A stretch of DNA of 64,000 nt, taken from NCBI GenBank assembly GCA_947623725.1, contig CANQHI010000002.1, positions 7,296-71,295 on the forward strand, written 5' to 3'. The DNA is from an uncultured Clostridia bacterium. GTDB lineage: Bacteria > Bacillota > Clostridia > TANB77 > CAG-508. The first letter of the stretch is position 1, and each line of letters begins with the position of its first letter. Below the pieces are notes generated by a model. That model was not told the origin of the DNA. It did no database searches and saw only the letters and a list, made by a program, of their open reading frames with translations. Position numbers and translations under genes: made by a program. Shown here one piece after another: positions 29,548-40,118 of the stretch.

Positions 29548-30534
29548 ATGATTAAATAAAAAGCTATAATATATAAAATAAAAAATTAAAATAAATATTA
29601 AATTAAAAAACAAAAAAAGAAAAAAATAAAATAAAAAATATAATATATAAAATATAAAAATTAAAATAAAATTAAAAATAAAAATTAAAATTATATTAAA
29701 AATAAAAATATAAAATATAAGAAATCAAAAAATAAGATAAAAAATAAATATAATTTATAAATAAAAAATATAAAAAGTAAAAAAGAAAATGAAAAAATAA
29801 ATTAATAAAAAGAAAATATATAAAAAATAAAAAGTATAAAAATAAAATGATAAAAATTAACTGAAAAAAATATTTTATTAAGAAGAAAATATACAAAAAT
29901 ATCTAAATTTAATTTTAAATTAATAATTTCTTGATAAAAAATGTCAAAAATAATAATGTATCTGTTATGAAAGAAATTGACAAAAAATCGTCATTTTAAG
30001 ATGAAAAAAATAAAGAGTAAGATTAAATTATATAATTTAAGAATAACAAACGTATAATCAAAAAGACAAATTAAAAGAAAAGCTAAGATAAAAAAAGCTA
30101 AACTTGAAAAAAACTAGGGATAAAAATAAAAAATGACATATAATTTAAAAAATATAAGCTATAAAATTGAAAAGAAAAATCTATAAAAAACACAACCTAA
30201 TAGACAAAAAATATTAAAAATTTTTTCAAAAAAAGAGAAACTTGTCAAAAAAACAAACAAAACAAGCCTGAAGAGCTAAAAATTCAAAAAGAAATATTTG
30301 GTAATAGAGCAAGCGAAAAAAATTGATGATAAAAAACAAAAATAAAATTATCTATATTATTTTAATAATTAAATAAGAAATAAATTATTAACACAAAAAG
30401 TTTATAAAAGATAAAAATAATTTTGAAAAAAACAATACAAAATAAAAAAATTTTTATCAATAAATTATAAAATTTTTATATAAAAAATTAATAAATGTAT
30501 TATAAAATTTTAACAAAAATAAAAATTAAAAATT
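29548..30534 (+). repeat. ~1-kb non-coding A-rich low-complexity tract (plus strand almost T-depleted) separating the SbcD-like and SbcC-like genes
   Basis: Runs of AAAAATAAAA/ATATAAAA-type words. Stops in all frames. No regular CRISPR-like periodicity. Confidence 0.6.
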
Positions 30535-30546
30535 GGAGGATAAAAT

Positions 30547-32346
30547 TTGAAAATAAAAAATTTAAAAATTAATGGTTATGGAAAATTAAAAAATAAAAAT
30601 ATAAATTTTGAAAAAATAAATATTATTTATGGAAAAAATGAATCAGGTAAATCTACAATATTAAATTTTATTATAAATATTTTATATAATATTTCAAAAA
30701 ATAAAAATGGAAAATCGTTATCTGACTATGATAAATATTTACCTTGGAATGAAAACGAATTTTCTGGAAAAATTTCTTATATATTAGATAATAATAAAAA
30801 ATATCAAGTTTTTAGAAATTTTAATAAAAAAGATACAGAAGTATATGATGAAAATGGGATAAATATTTCAAATGAATATAATATAGATAAAAAATTAGGA
30901 AATTTATATTTTTCAGACCAAGTTAAAGTTGATAAGGATACATTATTATCAACGGTGGTTGCAGCACAGAATGAAACAAGAATAGATGCTAATATGCAAA
31001 ATATTTTAATTCAAAAAGTGGCTAACTTAGCTGAAAGTGGAGATGAAGAAGTATCATATAAAAAAGCAGTTAATATATTAGGAAAAATATTACTTAATGA
31101 GGTTGGTACAAATAAAAGTCAAGACAGACCAATTAATATTACTAAAGAAAATATATTTAATTATGAAAAAGAATTAGAAGATATTAAAAACATAAGAAAT
31201 ATAAAAAGTGAAATAGAAGAAAAAAATAAAAAATTAAATAAAATGTTAATTAGTCATGAAAAAAATAAAGAAATAATAGAAAAAATAATCAATATTTTAA
31301 ATAATAAAAAATTAAAAAGTGAAAAAATAAAAATAAAAGAAAATATTTATAATGAAACTAAAAATAAAATAGAAAAAATAAGAAATAATAAAAAAGATCA
31401 TAAAAATAATAAAAAAAATTATATTATTTTAATAATATTGATAATTATAAATATTTTAAATTTCATTTTTATAAAAAATAAAATAATTAATTTAATGTTA
31501 TTTGCATTAATTCCGATTTTTATTTTAATATTATTTATAAAAATGATTAATAATAAAAAATATTTTTTAAAAAATGTTGATTTGCCAGTAAAAACTTTAG
31601 AAGGTAATAATAATGAATTAAAAATAGAAATAAATAAATTAAAAGAAGAATTAAATAATGAATTTTTTGATGAAAAAGAAGAATTAATTAGAATATATGG
31701 AAAAGAAATTATTAATTTACTTGAAGATGAAGATATTGAAAAAAGACTACATGAGACTAATAAAGAGATTGAAAGAATAGAGCTTGAATTACATAAACAA
31801 AAATTGGACATGAGTAATATAGAACCTAAACTTGAAAAATTAGCAGAATTGGAGGAAAAGCTAGAATTAGAAGAGTCAAATTTAGAAAAATTAGAAAATA
31901 GAGCTAACATAATTAATTTAACTAAAGATATAATAGAAGAATCTTATATTGAAATGAAAAATAATGTTACTCCAAAATTTAATATAAACTTATCTAAAAA
32001 TATAGAAAAATTATCAAAAGGAAAGTATAAAAATATTATTATAAATGATGATATTTTAGTTGAGCTAGAAAATGGACAACATATTTCTATAGAAAGGTTA
32101 AGTACTGGAACGATAGAGCAAATATATTTAGCATTAAGACTTTCTGTAATTGATGAAATTTCTACGGAGAAATTACCTATATTTTTAGATGAAACTTTTG
32201 CTTTTTATGATGATGAAAGATTAGAAGAGGCATTAAAGTTCTTATTAGATATAGAAAATCAAGTTATTATATTTACTTGTACGAATAGAGAAAAAAATAT
32301 ATTAGAAAAATTAAACGCTAACTTTAATTATATTGATATAACTTGA
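30547..32346 (+). CDS. SbcC/Rad50-like ABC ATPase with central transmembrane hairpin (YhaN/SbcE-like), TTG start
   Basis: N-terminal Walker A GKNESGKST. C-terminal signature LSTGTIEQIYLALRL and Walker B IFLDETFAFYDD. Short coiled-coils flank two hydrophobic 18-20 aa segments (YIILIILIIINILNFIFI / LMLFALIPIFILILFI). GGAGGA RBS 6 nt before TTG. Confidence 0.7.
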   Translation: MKIKNLKINGYGKLKNKNINFEKINIIYGKNESGKSTILNFIINILYNISKNKNGKSLSDYDKYLPWNENEFSGKISYILDNNKKYQVFRNFNKKDTEVYDENGINISNEYNIDKKLGNLYFSDQVKVDKDTLLSTVVAAQNETRIDANMQNILIQKVANLAESGDEEVSYKKAVNILGKILLNEVGTNKSQDRPINITKENIFNYEKELEDIKNIRNIKSEIEEKNKKLNKMLISHEKNKEIIEKIINILNNKKLKSEKIKIKENIYNETKNKIEKIRNNKKDHKNNKKNYIILIILIIINILNFIFIKNKIINLMLFALIPIFILILFIKMINNKKYFLKNVDLPVKTLEGNNNELKIEINKLKEELNNEFFDEKEELIRIYGKEIINLLEDEDIEKRLHETNKEIERIELELHKQKLDMSNIEPKLEKLAELEEKLELEESNLEKLENRANIINLTKDIIEESYIEMKNNVTPKFNINLSKNIEKLSKGKYKNIIINDDILVELENGQHISIERLSTGTIEQIYLALRLSVIDEISTEKLPIFLDETFAFYDDERLEEALKFLLDIENQVIIFTCTNREKNILEKLNANFNYIDIT

Positions 32347-32441
32347 AAGATTAAGGAAAATATTGTATAATAACAAGGTAGCTAAAATAAAGGATATTTT
32401 ATTAAGTATAAAAAGTAAGTATAAGGAAAGGAATTATCTTT

Positions 32442-33509
32442 ATGTTTGATAATTTAGAAGAGATAGAAAAGAAATTTGATGATTTGACTGAAAAGATAAG
32501 TGATCCGGAAGTAATTTCAAATCAAAATGAATGGCGAAAAATGATGAAAGAACATGCAAATTTAGAGCCAATAGTTCAAAAATATAGAGAATATAAAAAA
32601 GTAAAAAGTGATTTTGAAGAAGCAAAAGAAATGATGAACGATAAGGATATGAAAGATTTAGCTGAAGAAGAAATGCTTAGTGCAAAAGAAAAACTTCCTA
32701 TTCTTGAAGAAGAATTAAAAAAATTATTAATTCAAAAAGATCCAGACGATGATAAAAATGTTATATGTGAAATAAGAGCAGGAGCTGGAGGAGAAGAAGC
32801 AGCATTATTTGCAAGTACACTTTTTAGAATGTATTCAATGTATTGTGATTTAAAAAATTGGAAACTAGAAGTATTAAATGAAAACACTACAGAACTAGGT
32901 GGTATAAAAGAAATTTCATTTATTGTTAAAGGAGAAGGTGCATATAGTAGATTGAAGTTTGAAAGTGGAGTACACAGAGTTCAAAGAGTACCAGAAACAG
33001 AAGCTAGTGGAAGAATTCATACATCAACAGCATCTGTTGCAGTATTACCAGAAGTAGAAGATGTCGATATAGAAATAAATCCAGCAGATATAAGAATGGA
33101 AGTTTTTAGAGCATCAGGTGCTGGAGGACAACATATTAACAAAACTTCATCAGCTGTAAGATTAATACATGTTCCAACAGGAATGGTTGCAGAATGTCAA
33201 ACAGAAAGATCTCAAGTACAAAATAGAGAATATGCAATGAAACTATTAATGTCAAGACTATATGAGATTGAAAAAAGAAAAAGGGACAGTGAAATTGAAA
33301 GTGAAAGAAGAAATCAAATAGGTAATGCTGATAGAAGTGAAAAGATAAGAACATATAATTATCCTCAAGGAAGAATAACAGATCATAGAATAGGATTAAG
33401 TGTTTATCAAATTGAAAGCTTTTTAAATGGTAATATAGATTTTATGATTGATAACCTAATTGCAGCAGATACTGCAAATAAATTACAAGAAAGTGATGGA
33501 AACGCATAA
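32442..33509 (+). CDS. prfA: Peptide chain release factor 1
   Basis: GGQ motif SGAGGQHINKT. RVQRVPETE tripeptide-region and N-terminus align with RF1. 355 aa. Confidence 0.85.
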   Translation: MFDNLEEIEKKFDDLTEKISDPEVISNQNEWRKMMKEHANLEPIVQKYREYKKVKSDFEEAKEMMNDKDMKDLAEEEMLSAKEKLPILEEELKKLLIQKDPDDDKNVICEIRAGAGGEEAALFASTLFRMYSMYCDLKNWKLEVLNENTTELGGIKEISFIVKGEGAYSRLKFESGVHRVQRVPETEASGRIHTSTASVAVLPEVEDVDIEINPADIRMEVFRASGAGGQHINKTSSAVRLIHVPTGMVAECQTERSQVQNREYAMKLLMSRLYEIEKRKRDSEIESERRNQIGNADRSEKIRTYNYPQGRITDHRIGLSVYQIESFLNGNIDFMIDNLIAADTANKLQESDGNA

Positions 33510-33657
33510 TAGCAAATATAACGGGCACATGACTTTCAAAAAATAGAACAACTAGAATTTAGTTGTTCTATTTTTTTATTTTTTTAATAGATTTTAGTAT
33601 TAATGGTTTATAGGTAAATCCTAAAAAATCTAAATTTTAATATAAGGACATACATAA

Positions 33658-34395
33658 ATGTTAAAAATATCTTTATTAGGTTTATTTTTTGGAACAATAG
33701 GAACAACATTAGGCGGAATTATAGGAATTTTTACAAAAAGGAATTCAAATAAATTTTTAAGTTTTGTATTATCATTTGCTTCTGGATTAATGCTTGCAGT
33801 GGTTTGTTTTGACTTGATTCCAGAAGCATTAGAAATGACATCAGTATTTACAGTTCTTTTTGGAATAGTACTTGGAATTAGTACAATGATAGGATGTGAT
33901 GTTTTAGTAGATAAAAAATTTAGTAGTAATAATTCTAAACTTGGTAATATGAGTTTAGTAAAAACAGGAATAATTGTAAGTATAGGTTTGGCTCTTCATA
34001 ATATTCCGGAAGGATTGGCTATTGGTTCTGGTTTTGAAGCATCTACAACTTTGGGATTTTCTTTAGCTATTGCAATAGCTCTACATGATGTGCCCGAAGG
34101 ACTTAGCATGGCTATACCTATGAAAAGTGGAGGAATGAATCCATTAAAAATTATGTTTTATGTTATATTATCAGGAATTGCAACTGGAATAGGAGCATTA
34201 ATAGGAGCAATAGTAGGAAATATATCTATTAGTGTAATTGCAATATGCCTTTCATTTGCAGCGGGAGCAATGCTTTATATAGTATCAGGAGAGCTTATTC
34301 CAGAGTCAAATAAATTATATAGTGGAAGAATGTCTGCAATAGGAAATATGTTAGGTTTCATAATAGGATTATTTGCAATGATAATTACAGGGTAA
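33658..34395 (+). CDS. zupT: ZIP-family zinc transporter ZupT
   Basis: HNIPEGLAIG and HDVPEGL metal-binding motifs. Eight TM helices. Confidence 0.8.
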   Translation: MLKISLLGLFFGTIGTTLGGIIGIFTKRNSNKFLSFVLSFASGLMLAVVCFDLIPEALEMTSVFTVLFGIVLGISTMIGCDVLVDKKFSSNNSKLGNMSLVKTGIIVSIGLALHNIPEGLAIGSGFEASTTLGFSLAIAIALHDVPEGLSMAIPMKSGGMNPLKIMFYVILSGIATGIGALIGAIVGNISISVIAICLSFAAGAMLYIVSGELIPESNKLYSGRMSAIGNMLGFIIGLFAMIITG

Positions 34396-34554
34396 AAAGG
34401 TTGAGTGAAAAAGTAAATGATGGAAAGATTATTTAATTAAATTAAAAAATTTGCTTGCTTATTTTAAATTTATATAGTAAAATCATTACGAACAAAAGTT
34501 TTAAGAAAAAGGTTTACATATATAATGAATTAAAGTAAGAAAGCGAGAAAAAAT

Positions 34555-36832
34555 ATGCAAAATTTATTAGAAGAACTTAATCCAAAACAAAGAGAGGCAG
34601 TAGAAACTACAGAAGGACCATGCCTTGTTATAGCCGGTGCAGGAAGTGGAAAAACAAAGGTATTAACATACAAAATTGCATATTTAATGCAAGAAAAAAA
34701 TATAAAACCATGGAATATACTTGCAATTACATTTACAAATAAAGCAGCTGACGAAATGAGAGATAGAGCAGAAGCTTTAATTGGAGAAAATATAAACGAT
34801 TTATGGCTTGGAACATTTCACTCAATATGTGTTAGAATTCTTAGAAAATTCATTGATAGACTTGGATTTGATACATCTTTTGCAATCTTTGACACATCAG
34901 ACCAAAAGACTTTAATAAAGAATTGTTTAAAAGAATTAAACGTTGATACAAAATTATTTACAGAAAAGTCAGTTTTAAATGAAATAAGTAATGCTAAAAA
35001 TGAAATGATGGAACCAAAAGCGTACTTGGAGGAATATAGCAATGACTACAGGAAGGGCATTATAGCAAAGGTTTATTCATTGTATCAACAAAGATTAAAG
35101 CAGAATAATGCGATTGATTTTGATGATATTATCAATTTTACAATAAAAATTTTAATGGAAAATCCAGATGTATTAGATTATTATTCTAGTAAATTTAGAT
35201 ATGTTTTAGTTGATGAATATCAGGATACAAATAAGGCACAGTTTACATTAGTAACATTACTTGCATCAAAGTATGGAAATGTTACGGTTGTTGGTGATAA
35301 TGACCAGGGAATTTACAGTTTCCGTCGGAGCAGATATTTCAAATATTTTAAACTTTGAAAAAGACTATCCTGGTACAAAAATAATAAAATTAGAGCAAAA
35401 TTATCGTTGCACAGGAAACATATTAAAAACAGCAAATGCAGTAATTAAGCACAATGAAAATAAATATGATAAAAAACTTTGGACAGAAAATGAAGAAGGA
35501 ACATTACCATATGTTTTTTGTGGAGAAGATGAATATTCTGAATCTAACTTTATAATAGAACAAATTAATAGATTGAGAAGAGAAGAATATTATAAATATT
35601 CTGATTTTGCAATACTTTATAGAATGAACTCACAATCAAGAGCATTAGAAGATAAGCTTAGAATTGAAAATATTCCATACAAAATAATAGGTGGATTAAA
35701 ATTCTATGAAAGAAAAGAAATAAAGGATACTATTGCATATTTAAGGTTACTAGCTAATCAATCTGATAACTTATCATTAGAAAGAATTATAAATGAACCA
35801 AAAAGAGGAGTAGGAAAAACAAGTATTGATAATGTTAGAGAAATTGCAGAAAACAATGGAATATCAATGTATGAAGTTATAAAAAGAGCAGACGAATTTG
35901 TACCTAGAATTTATAATAATACAAGAGATTTTATTAATGCCATTGAAGAATTAAAAGATAAAGAATGTTCGATAGCAGATTTAATTACAGAAGTATTAAG
36001 TAAAACAGGATATACAAAAAGCCTAGAAAATGAAAATACTGTTGAAGCAGAAAGTAGACTTGAAAATATAGAAGAATTTTTAACAGTTGCTAATGAGTTT
36101 GAAAAAGAGGCAGTAGATAAATCTTTAACCGAATTTTTAAATGGAATATCATTAGCGAGTGATACTGATAATCTATCGGACACAGAAGATGTAGTCACTT
36201 TGATGACCTTACATAGTGCTAAAGGATTAGAGTATCCAGTTATATTTTTAGTAGGATTAGAAGAAGGAATTTTCCCAGGGCATCAATCAATGGATAATCC
36301 AGCAGACATTGAGGAAGAGAGAAGACTTTTTTATGTAGGAATTACTAGAGCAAAACAAAATTTGTTTTTAACTTTTGCTAGAAGAAGGACAATATTTGGT
36401 TCTACTAGTTATAATCCACCATCAAGATTCTTAAAAGAAATTCCAAAAGATATACTTGATGGATATGAAGAAGCGATGGAGAAACAGGAAGAGCCAGATG
36501 AGTTTGAAGATACAAATTATTCATGGAGCTATGGAAGAGGATATGATGTAGCACAAAGTACTGGAATAAATACAGGAAGCTTTAAAAGTAGTGAAGTTAA
36601 GTTTGGAAGATCAGCAGAGGGATTTTTAGCATCACTTCAGGCAAAAAAATCTACACAAGTAGATTTAAGTAAGTATAAAGTTGGACAAAAAGTATTTCAT
36701 AAAAAATTTGGAGAAGGAGTTATTTCAAAGTTAGAAGAAGAAGGAGAAGATATTAAAGTTGATATAGATTTCGAAAAAGTGGGACATAAGAGATTGATGG
36801 CAAAATTTGCGGGACTTGAAATATTGCAATAA
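34555..36832 (+). CDS. pcrA: ATP-dependent DNA helicase PcrA/UvrD, reading frame interrupted by a 1-nt insertion at ~35324-35328 (two ORFs: 34555-35358 and 35261-36832)
   Basis: Walker A AGAGSGKTKVL. Motif III reads GDNDQGIYSFRRS... in one frame and continues GADISNIL in the next (expected GIYSFRGADI). All UvrD motifs are present across both pieces. Confidence 0.8.
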
Positions 36833-36854
36833 ATAAAATTTTATAATAGAAAAG

Positions 36855-36880
36855 AAACCCTAGAAAAATCTAGGGTTTTT
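36855..36880. terminator. Bidirectional terminator (AAACCCTAG / CTAGGGTTT)
   Basis: 9-bp stem, loop AAAAAT, T-runs on both sides. Confidence 0.6.
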
Positions 36881-36900
36881 AGAATTTTAGAAATGTTATA

Positions 36901-37527
36901 TTAATTTACATCATTTAGAATTTCTTCGACTTTTTTAAGAACAATATCATGCATTTCAGAAATTGAAATGTTTGAAGTGTCTAAAACAAAGCATGGTACG
37001 TCGATGGTTTTATAAAACTTTTTGAGTTCTTCTCTATAAGAATCCAAAAAAGGATTATTAGAGAAAACAAGAACCTCATTTTCATTGTACTCCGTAGAGG
37101 AACATCTTCTTCTAATAGAAACTTCGTTTGAAACATCTATTATAAAAAGAAAGTCCGGTTTAAAAGTAAACTGAGAATCCAAACTACATAAAAAAGATTT
37201 TAATACATCTGAAGCTTCTTTGGTGCATACGCCTTGAGTTACAAGGAAATTTGCCCAAAACATAGCATCGAAAAAGCCGCGATCAAAAAGTATAACGTCT
37301 GCCGTAGAAAACTTAGACTCGATCAAAGACTTTACTTGACCTTGTGCAATCCATAAATTTCTTTCCCATGTTTTCTTGGGAATACAAGTTGGAACCACTT
37401 CTGCATCTTCTTGTTTGAGTTCGACCTGTAAGTTCATTTCTGCGAGTTGCTTAGATAAAAAGTTGATTGAATCAGTTTTTCCCGAATTTGGTGTACCTAT
37501 AAATTCTATTGTTGTAGGTTTCCGCAT
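36901..37527 (-). CDS. P-loop nucleoside/nucleotide kinase-like protein
   Basis: IEFIGTPNSGKTD Walker A at the N-terminus. Noticeably higher GC than its neighbours. Confidence 0.45.
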   Translation of the reverse strand: MRKPTTIEFIGTPNSGKTDSINFLSKQLAEMNLQVELKQEDAEVVPTCIPKKTWERNLWIAQGQVKSLIESKFSTADVILFDRGFFDAMFWANFLVTQGVCTKEASDVLKSFLCSLDSQFTFKPDFLFIIDVSNEVSIRRRCSSTEYNENEVLVFSNNPFLDSYREELKKFYKTIDVPCFVLDTSNISISEMHDIVLKKVEEILNDVN

Positions 37528-37704
37528 AGTAATGTTGTAACCTCCTTTACAAGTGATAGGATATTTTTATCATTTAGAAGTGCAAAAGTCAATAAAATAA
37601 AGAAAAAAATTGAAAATTAAAAAAAATTAATATATAATAAAATCAAAAAATTATGAAAGGAGTAATGATTATTTAAGTTATTAAATATATCATAATCGAA
37701 TAAT

Positions 37705-38247
37705 ATGAAACTAGATAAAATTGAATATGCTATTTATTATGCTACGAAAGCACATAAAGGACAGAAAAGAAAAGTTGAAGATGTAGATATGATATTTCAC
37801 CCATTTACGGTAGGAATGATATTACAAAGAAATAATTGTGATGAAGATACTGTGGCCGCAGGAATATTACATGATGTTGTTGAGGATACTCCTCATACAT
37901 TTGATGATATTGAAAGGGAATTTGGTAAAACCGTAAGAGATTACGTTTATGATGCATCAGAGCCAGACAAGTCACTTGAATGGATAGAAAGAAAGAAACA
38001 CACAATACAACAAATAAAGAATGCTCCACTTCCATCAAAGTTGATTGTAGCTTGTGATAAAATTAGTAATTTACAAGATGTTTTATGTAATATAGAAAAA
38101 TATGGAGAAGATAAAATAATTAGTAGAAACTATGACCAACAAAAGTGGTATTATACTAGTGTATATGAAAGCTGTATAAATGGAGTAGATAAAACTCACC
38201 CTATTTTTGAGAGATATAAAAAAATATTAGAAGAAGTATTTATATAA
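37705..38247 (+). CDS. HD-domain (p)ppGpp-hydrolase-like protein (RelA/SpoT HD family, small alarmone hydrolase-like)
   Basis: AHKGQKRK ... FHPFTV ... GILHDVVEDT motifs of SpoT-type HD hydrolases. Confidence 0.6.
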   Translation: MKLDKIEYAIYYATKAHKGQKRKVEDVDMIFHPFTVGMILQRNNCDEDTVAAGILHDVVEDTPHTFDDIEREFGKTVRDYVYDASEPDKSLEWIERKKHTIQQIKNAPLPSKLIVACDKISNLQDVLCNIEKYGEDKIISRNYDQQKWYYTSVYESCINGVDKTHPIFERYKKILEEVFI

Positions 38248-38256
38248 TCTAAAAAA

Positions 38257-38280
38257 AGCCTATGAAATTAGGCTTTTTTT
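38257..38280. terminator. Bidirectional terminator overlapping the 3' end of the mecA-like gene
   Basis: AAGCCTA-tgaaat-TAGGCTT followed by T7. Confidence 0.55.
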
Positions 38281-38867
38281 AGATTTATAGCATTATCTTT
38301 TATAATTAAAGAACCTTTTTCTTTTAACACAGAAACAAACAATTCTTTATTAGAGAAAAATCTAGAAAACTCAGTAATATAGCTATAAAATGAATTAAAT
38401 TTATCTTCATGATTAGGTTTAAATAGTAGTAAATAATACTTGTTATTATATAAATATAATTCAGTTTTTTTAGCTAAAGAGATTGTATCTGGTATATTAA
38501 TTTTTTTTATAAAAGAACAGAAATTATAGTAATCATCAAATTTTTCAAATTGATATATTAAATAATTGTCTTGTTCAGATCTTATGATTTTTTTAGGTTT
38601 AACAGCTTTTTTAGCTTTTTTTACTTTTAGAAGTTTTGTAATAGTAAATACAAAAGTTCCATTATATAAAGCAACTGCATCTATTTTGATTTTATAATCT
38701 TTAGCATTAAAGCCAACTTCATCATAGGCTTTATCAAGAATATCTAAAATAGCATGTCTAGCCTCAGTAGAATTTGCAATAAAATCATCAAGATTATTGG
38801 TGTTAGGTAATTCATCATTTGACAAGATAATTTTTAATTTATTTTCACTAAGTTTTTGAAATTTCAT
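38268..38867 (-). CDS. mecA: Adaptor protein MecA-like
   Basis: N-terminal MKFQKLSENKLKIILSNDEL resembles MecA M.IERIN..T.KF..S..D. C-terminal YLYNNKYYLLL and EKGSLIIKDNAINL resemble MecA RYYLYVDF and EYGKLIISEHALE. Confidence 0.5.
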   Translation of the reverse strand: MKFQKLSENKLKIILSNDELPNTNNLDDFIANSTEARHAILDILDKAYDEVGFNAKDYKIKIDAVALYNGTFVFTITKLLKVKKAKKAVKPKKIIRSEQDNYLIYQFEKFDDYYNFCSFIKKINIPDTISLAKKTELYLYNNKYYLLLFKPNHEDKFNSFYSYITEFSRFFSNKELFVSVLKEKGSLIIKDNAINLKKA

Positions 38868-39103
38868 AAAAAATTATATTCCTTTCTCGTTTAATTTTAA
38901 AGCCTATTTTTTTATGAAAATAGTTTTAATTTCTGGGTAAAATTCATTATGTATTAACCAAAAATTGTAAAGCATAAACAATATAACATAAAAGCTAAAA
39001 AAAAGAAATACTTTTTATAAAAATAACTTGAAAAATCTTACATTTATATATATAATGTTTCATATAAAAAATATATGTGTCCGTAAGATAAATGGAGGTA
39101 AAA

Positions 39104-39361
39104 ATGGCTACAAGAGAAAAAAGTTTATTAGTATTAATAATTTTTATATTATGTGGACTAGTAATCGGAGGATTAATTGGAGAATTAGCATCAAATGTAT
39201 CATGGCTTAATTGGCTTAGCTATGGACAACAATTTGGATTATCAACGCCAATAACACTAAATTTAGGTGTTGTAGAGTTAACATTTGGAATATTATTTAA
39301 AATAAATATTTCAAGTATAGTCGGAATTATTATAGCTATATTTATTTATAGAAAATTTTAA
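39104..39361 (+). CDS. Small membrane protein (DUF4321-like)
   Basis: ATG 39104 after AATGGAGGT. Two hydrophobic helices. Confidence 0.45.
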   Translation: MATREKSLLVLIIFILCGLVIGGLIGELASNVSWLNWLSYGQQFGLSTPITLNLGVVELTFGILFKINISSIVGIIIAIFIYRKF

Positions 39362-39419
39362 TAAAAATTAGAAAAAAGCAAGCATATATTTGAAATTTTG
39401 GGGGCAGAAAGGAATTTTA

Positions 39420-40118
39420 ATGCCACTAAAAATGAAAGAATTGCCAGTACAAGAAAGACCTTATGAAAAACTTGAAAAATGTGGTGAAAAAGTGTTATCA
39501 AATGCAGAATTGTTGGCAATAATTATAAAAACAGGAACCAAAGAAGAAAATTCTATTGAAATTGCAAATAGAATTCTTTTGATGTCTGAATCTTTGAAGG
39601 GGTTATTTGAATTATCAATTGAAGATTTAATGAACATAAAAGGAATTGGAAAAATAAAAGCAATTCAACTAAAAGCAGTATGTGAACTTGCACGAAGAAT
39701 GTCAAAACAGCAAAGTTGCGATATGCAAATTAAATATCCAAAAGATGTTGCAAATTTATTTATGGACGAATATAAATTTGAAAAAAAAGAAACATTAAAA
39801 TTAGTTATTCTAAATAATAAAAATTTTATTATAAAAGTCGTAGATATTGCAAAGGGAGCGATTAATCAAATTATTGTTGATTTAAAAGATATTTTAAAAG
39901 AAGTGATTAGATTGCAAGCAAATAAAATGATAATAGTACATAATCATCCAAGTGGAGATGCTACACCAAGCAAGCAGGACATTGAATTTACAAAAAAATT
40001 GATTAAAGCGTCAGAAATTATGGATATAAAATTATTAGATCATATAATAATTGGTTATGATGAATATGAAAGTATTTTTTCAAGAGGAGACATAAAAAAT
40101 GAGAATGTTAGACTTTAG
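39420..40118 (+). CDS. radC: RadC-family JAB-domain protein
   Basis: HNHPSGD JAMM motif. HhH N-terminal region. Start placed at ATG 39420 (MPLKMKEL). Confidence 0.85.
   Translation: MPLKMKELPVQERPYEKLEKCGEKVLSNAELLAIIIKTGTKEENSIEIANRILLMSESLKGLFELSIEDLMNIKGIGKIKAIQLKAVCELARRMSKQQSCDMQIKYPKDVANLFMDEYKFEKKETLKLVILNNKNFIIKVVDIAKGAINQIIVDLKDILKEVIRLQANKMIIVHNHPSGDATPSKQDIEFTKKLIKASEIMDIKLLDHIIIGYDEYESIFSRGDIKNENVRL

Noticed and set aside
29548-30546. Possible CRISPR array or coding gene in the A-rich tract (including minus ORF 29696-29896)
   Set aside because: No regular repeat-spacer periodicity or conserved repeat unit. Stops in all plus frames. The minus ORF is poly-F/L/I nonsense.
32442-33509. 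Release factor 2 (prfB) instead of RF1
   Set aside because: No programmed +1 frameshift site or SPF motif. The N-terminus and the tripeptide region align with RF1.
39028-39210. 60-aa plus ORF
   Set aside because: Overlaps the promoter/RBS and start of the DUF4321-like gene in another frame. Basic low-complexity sequence.
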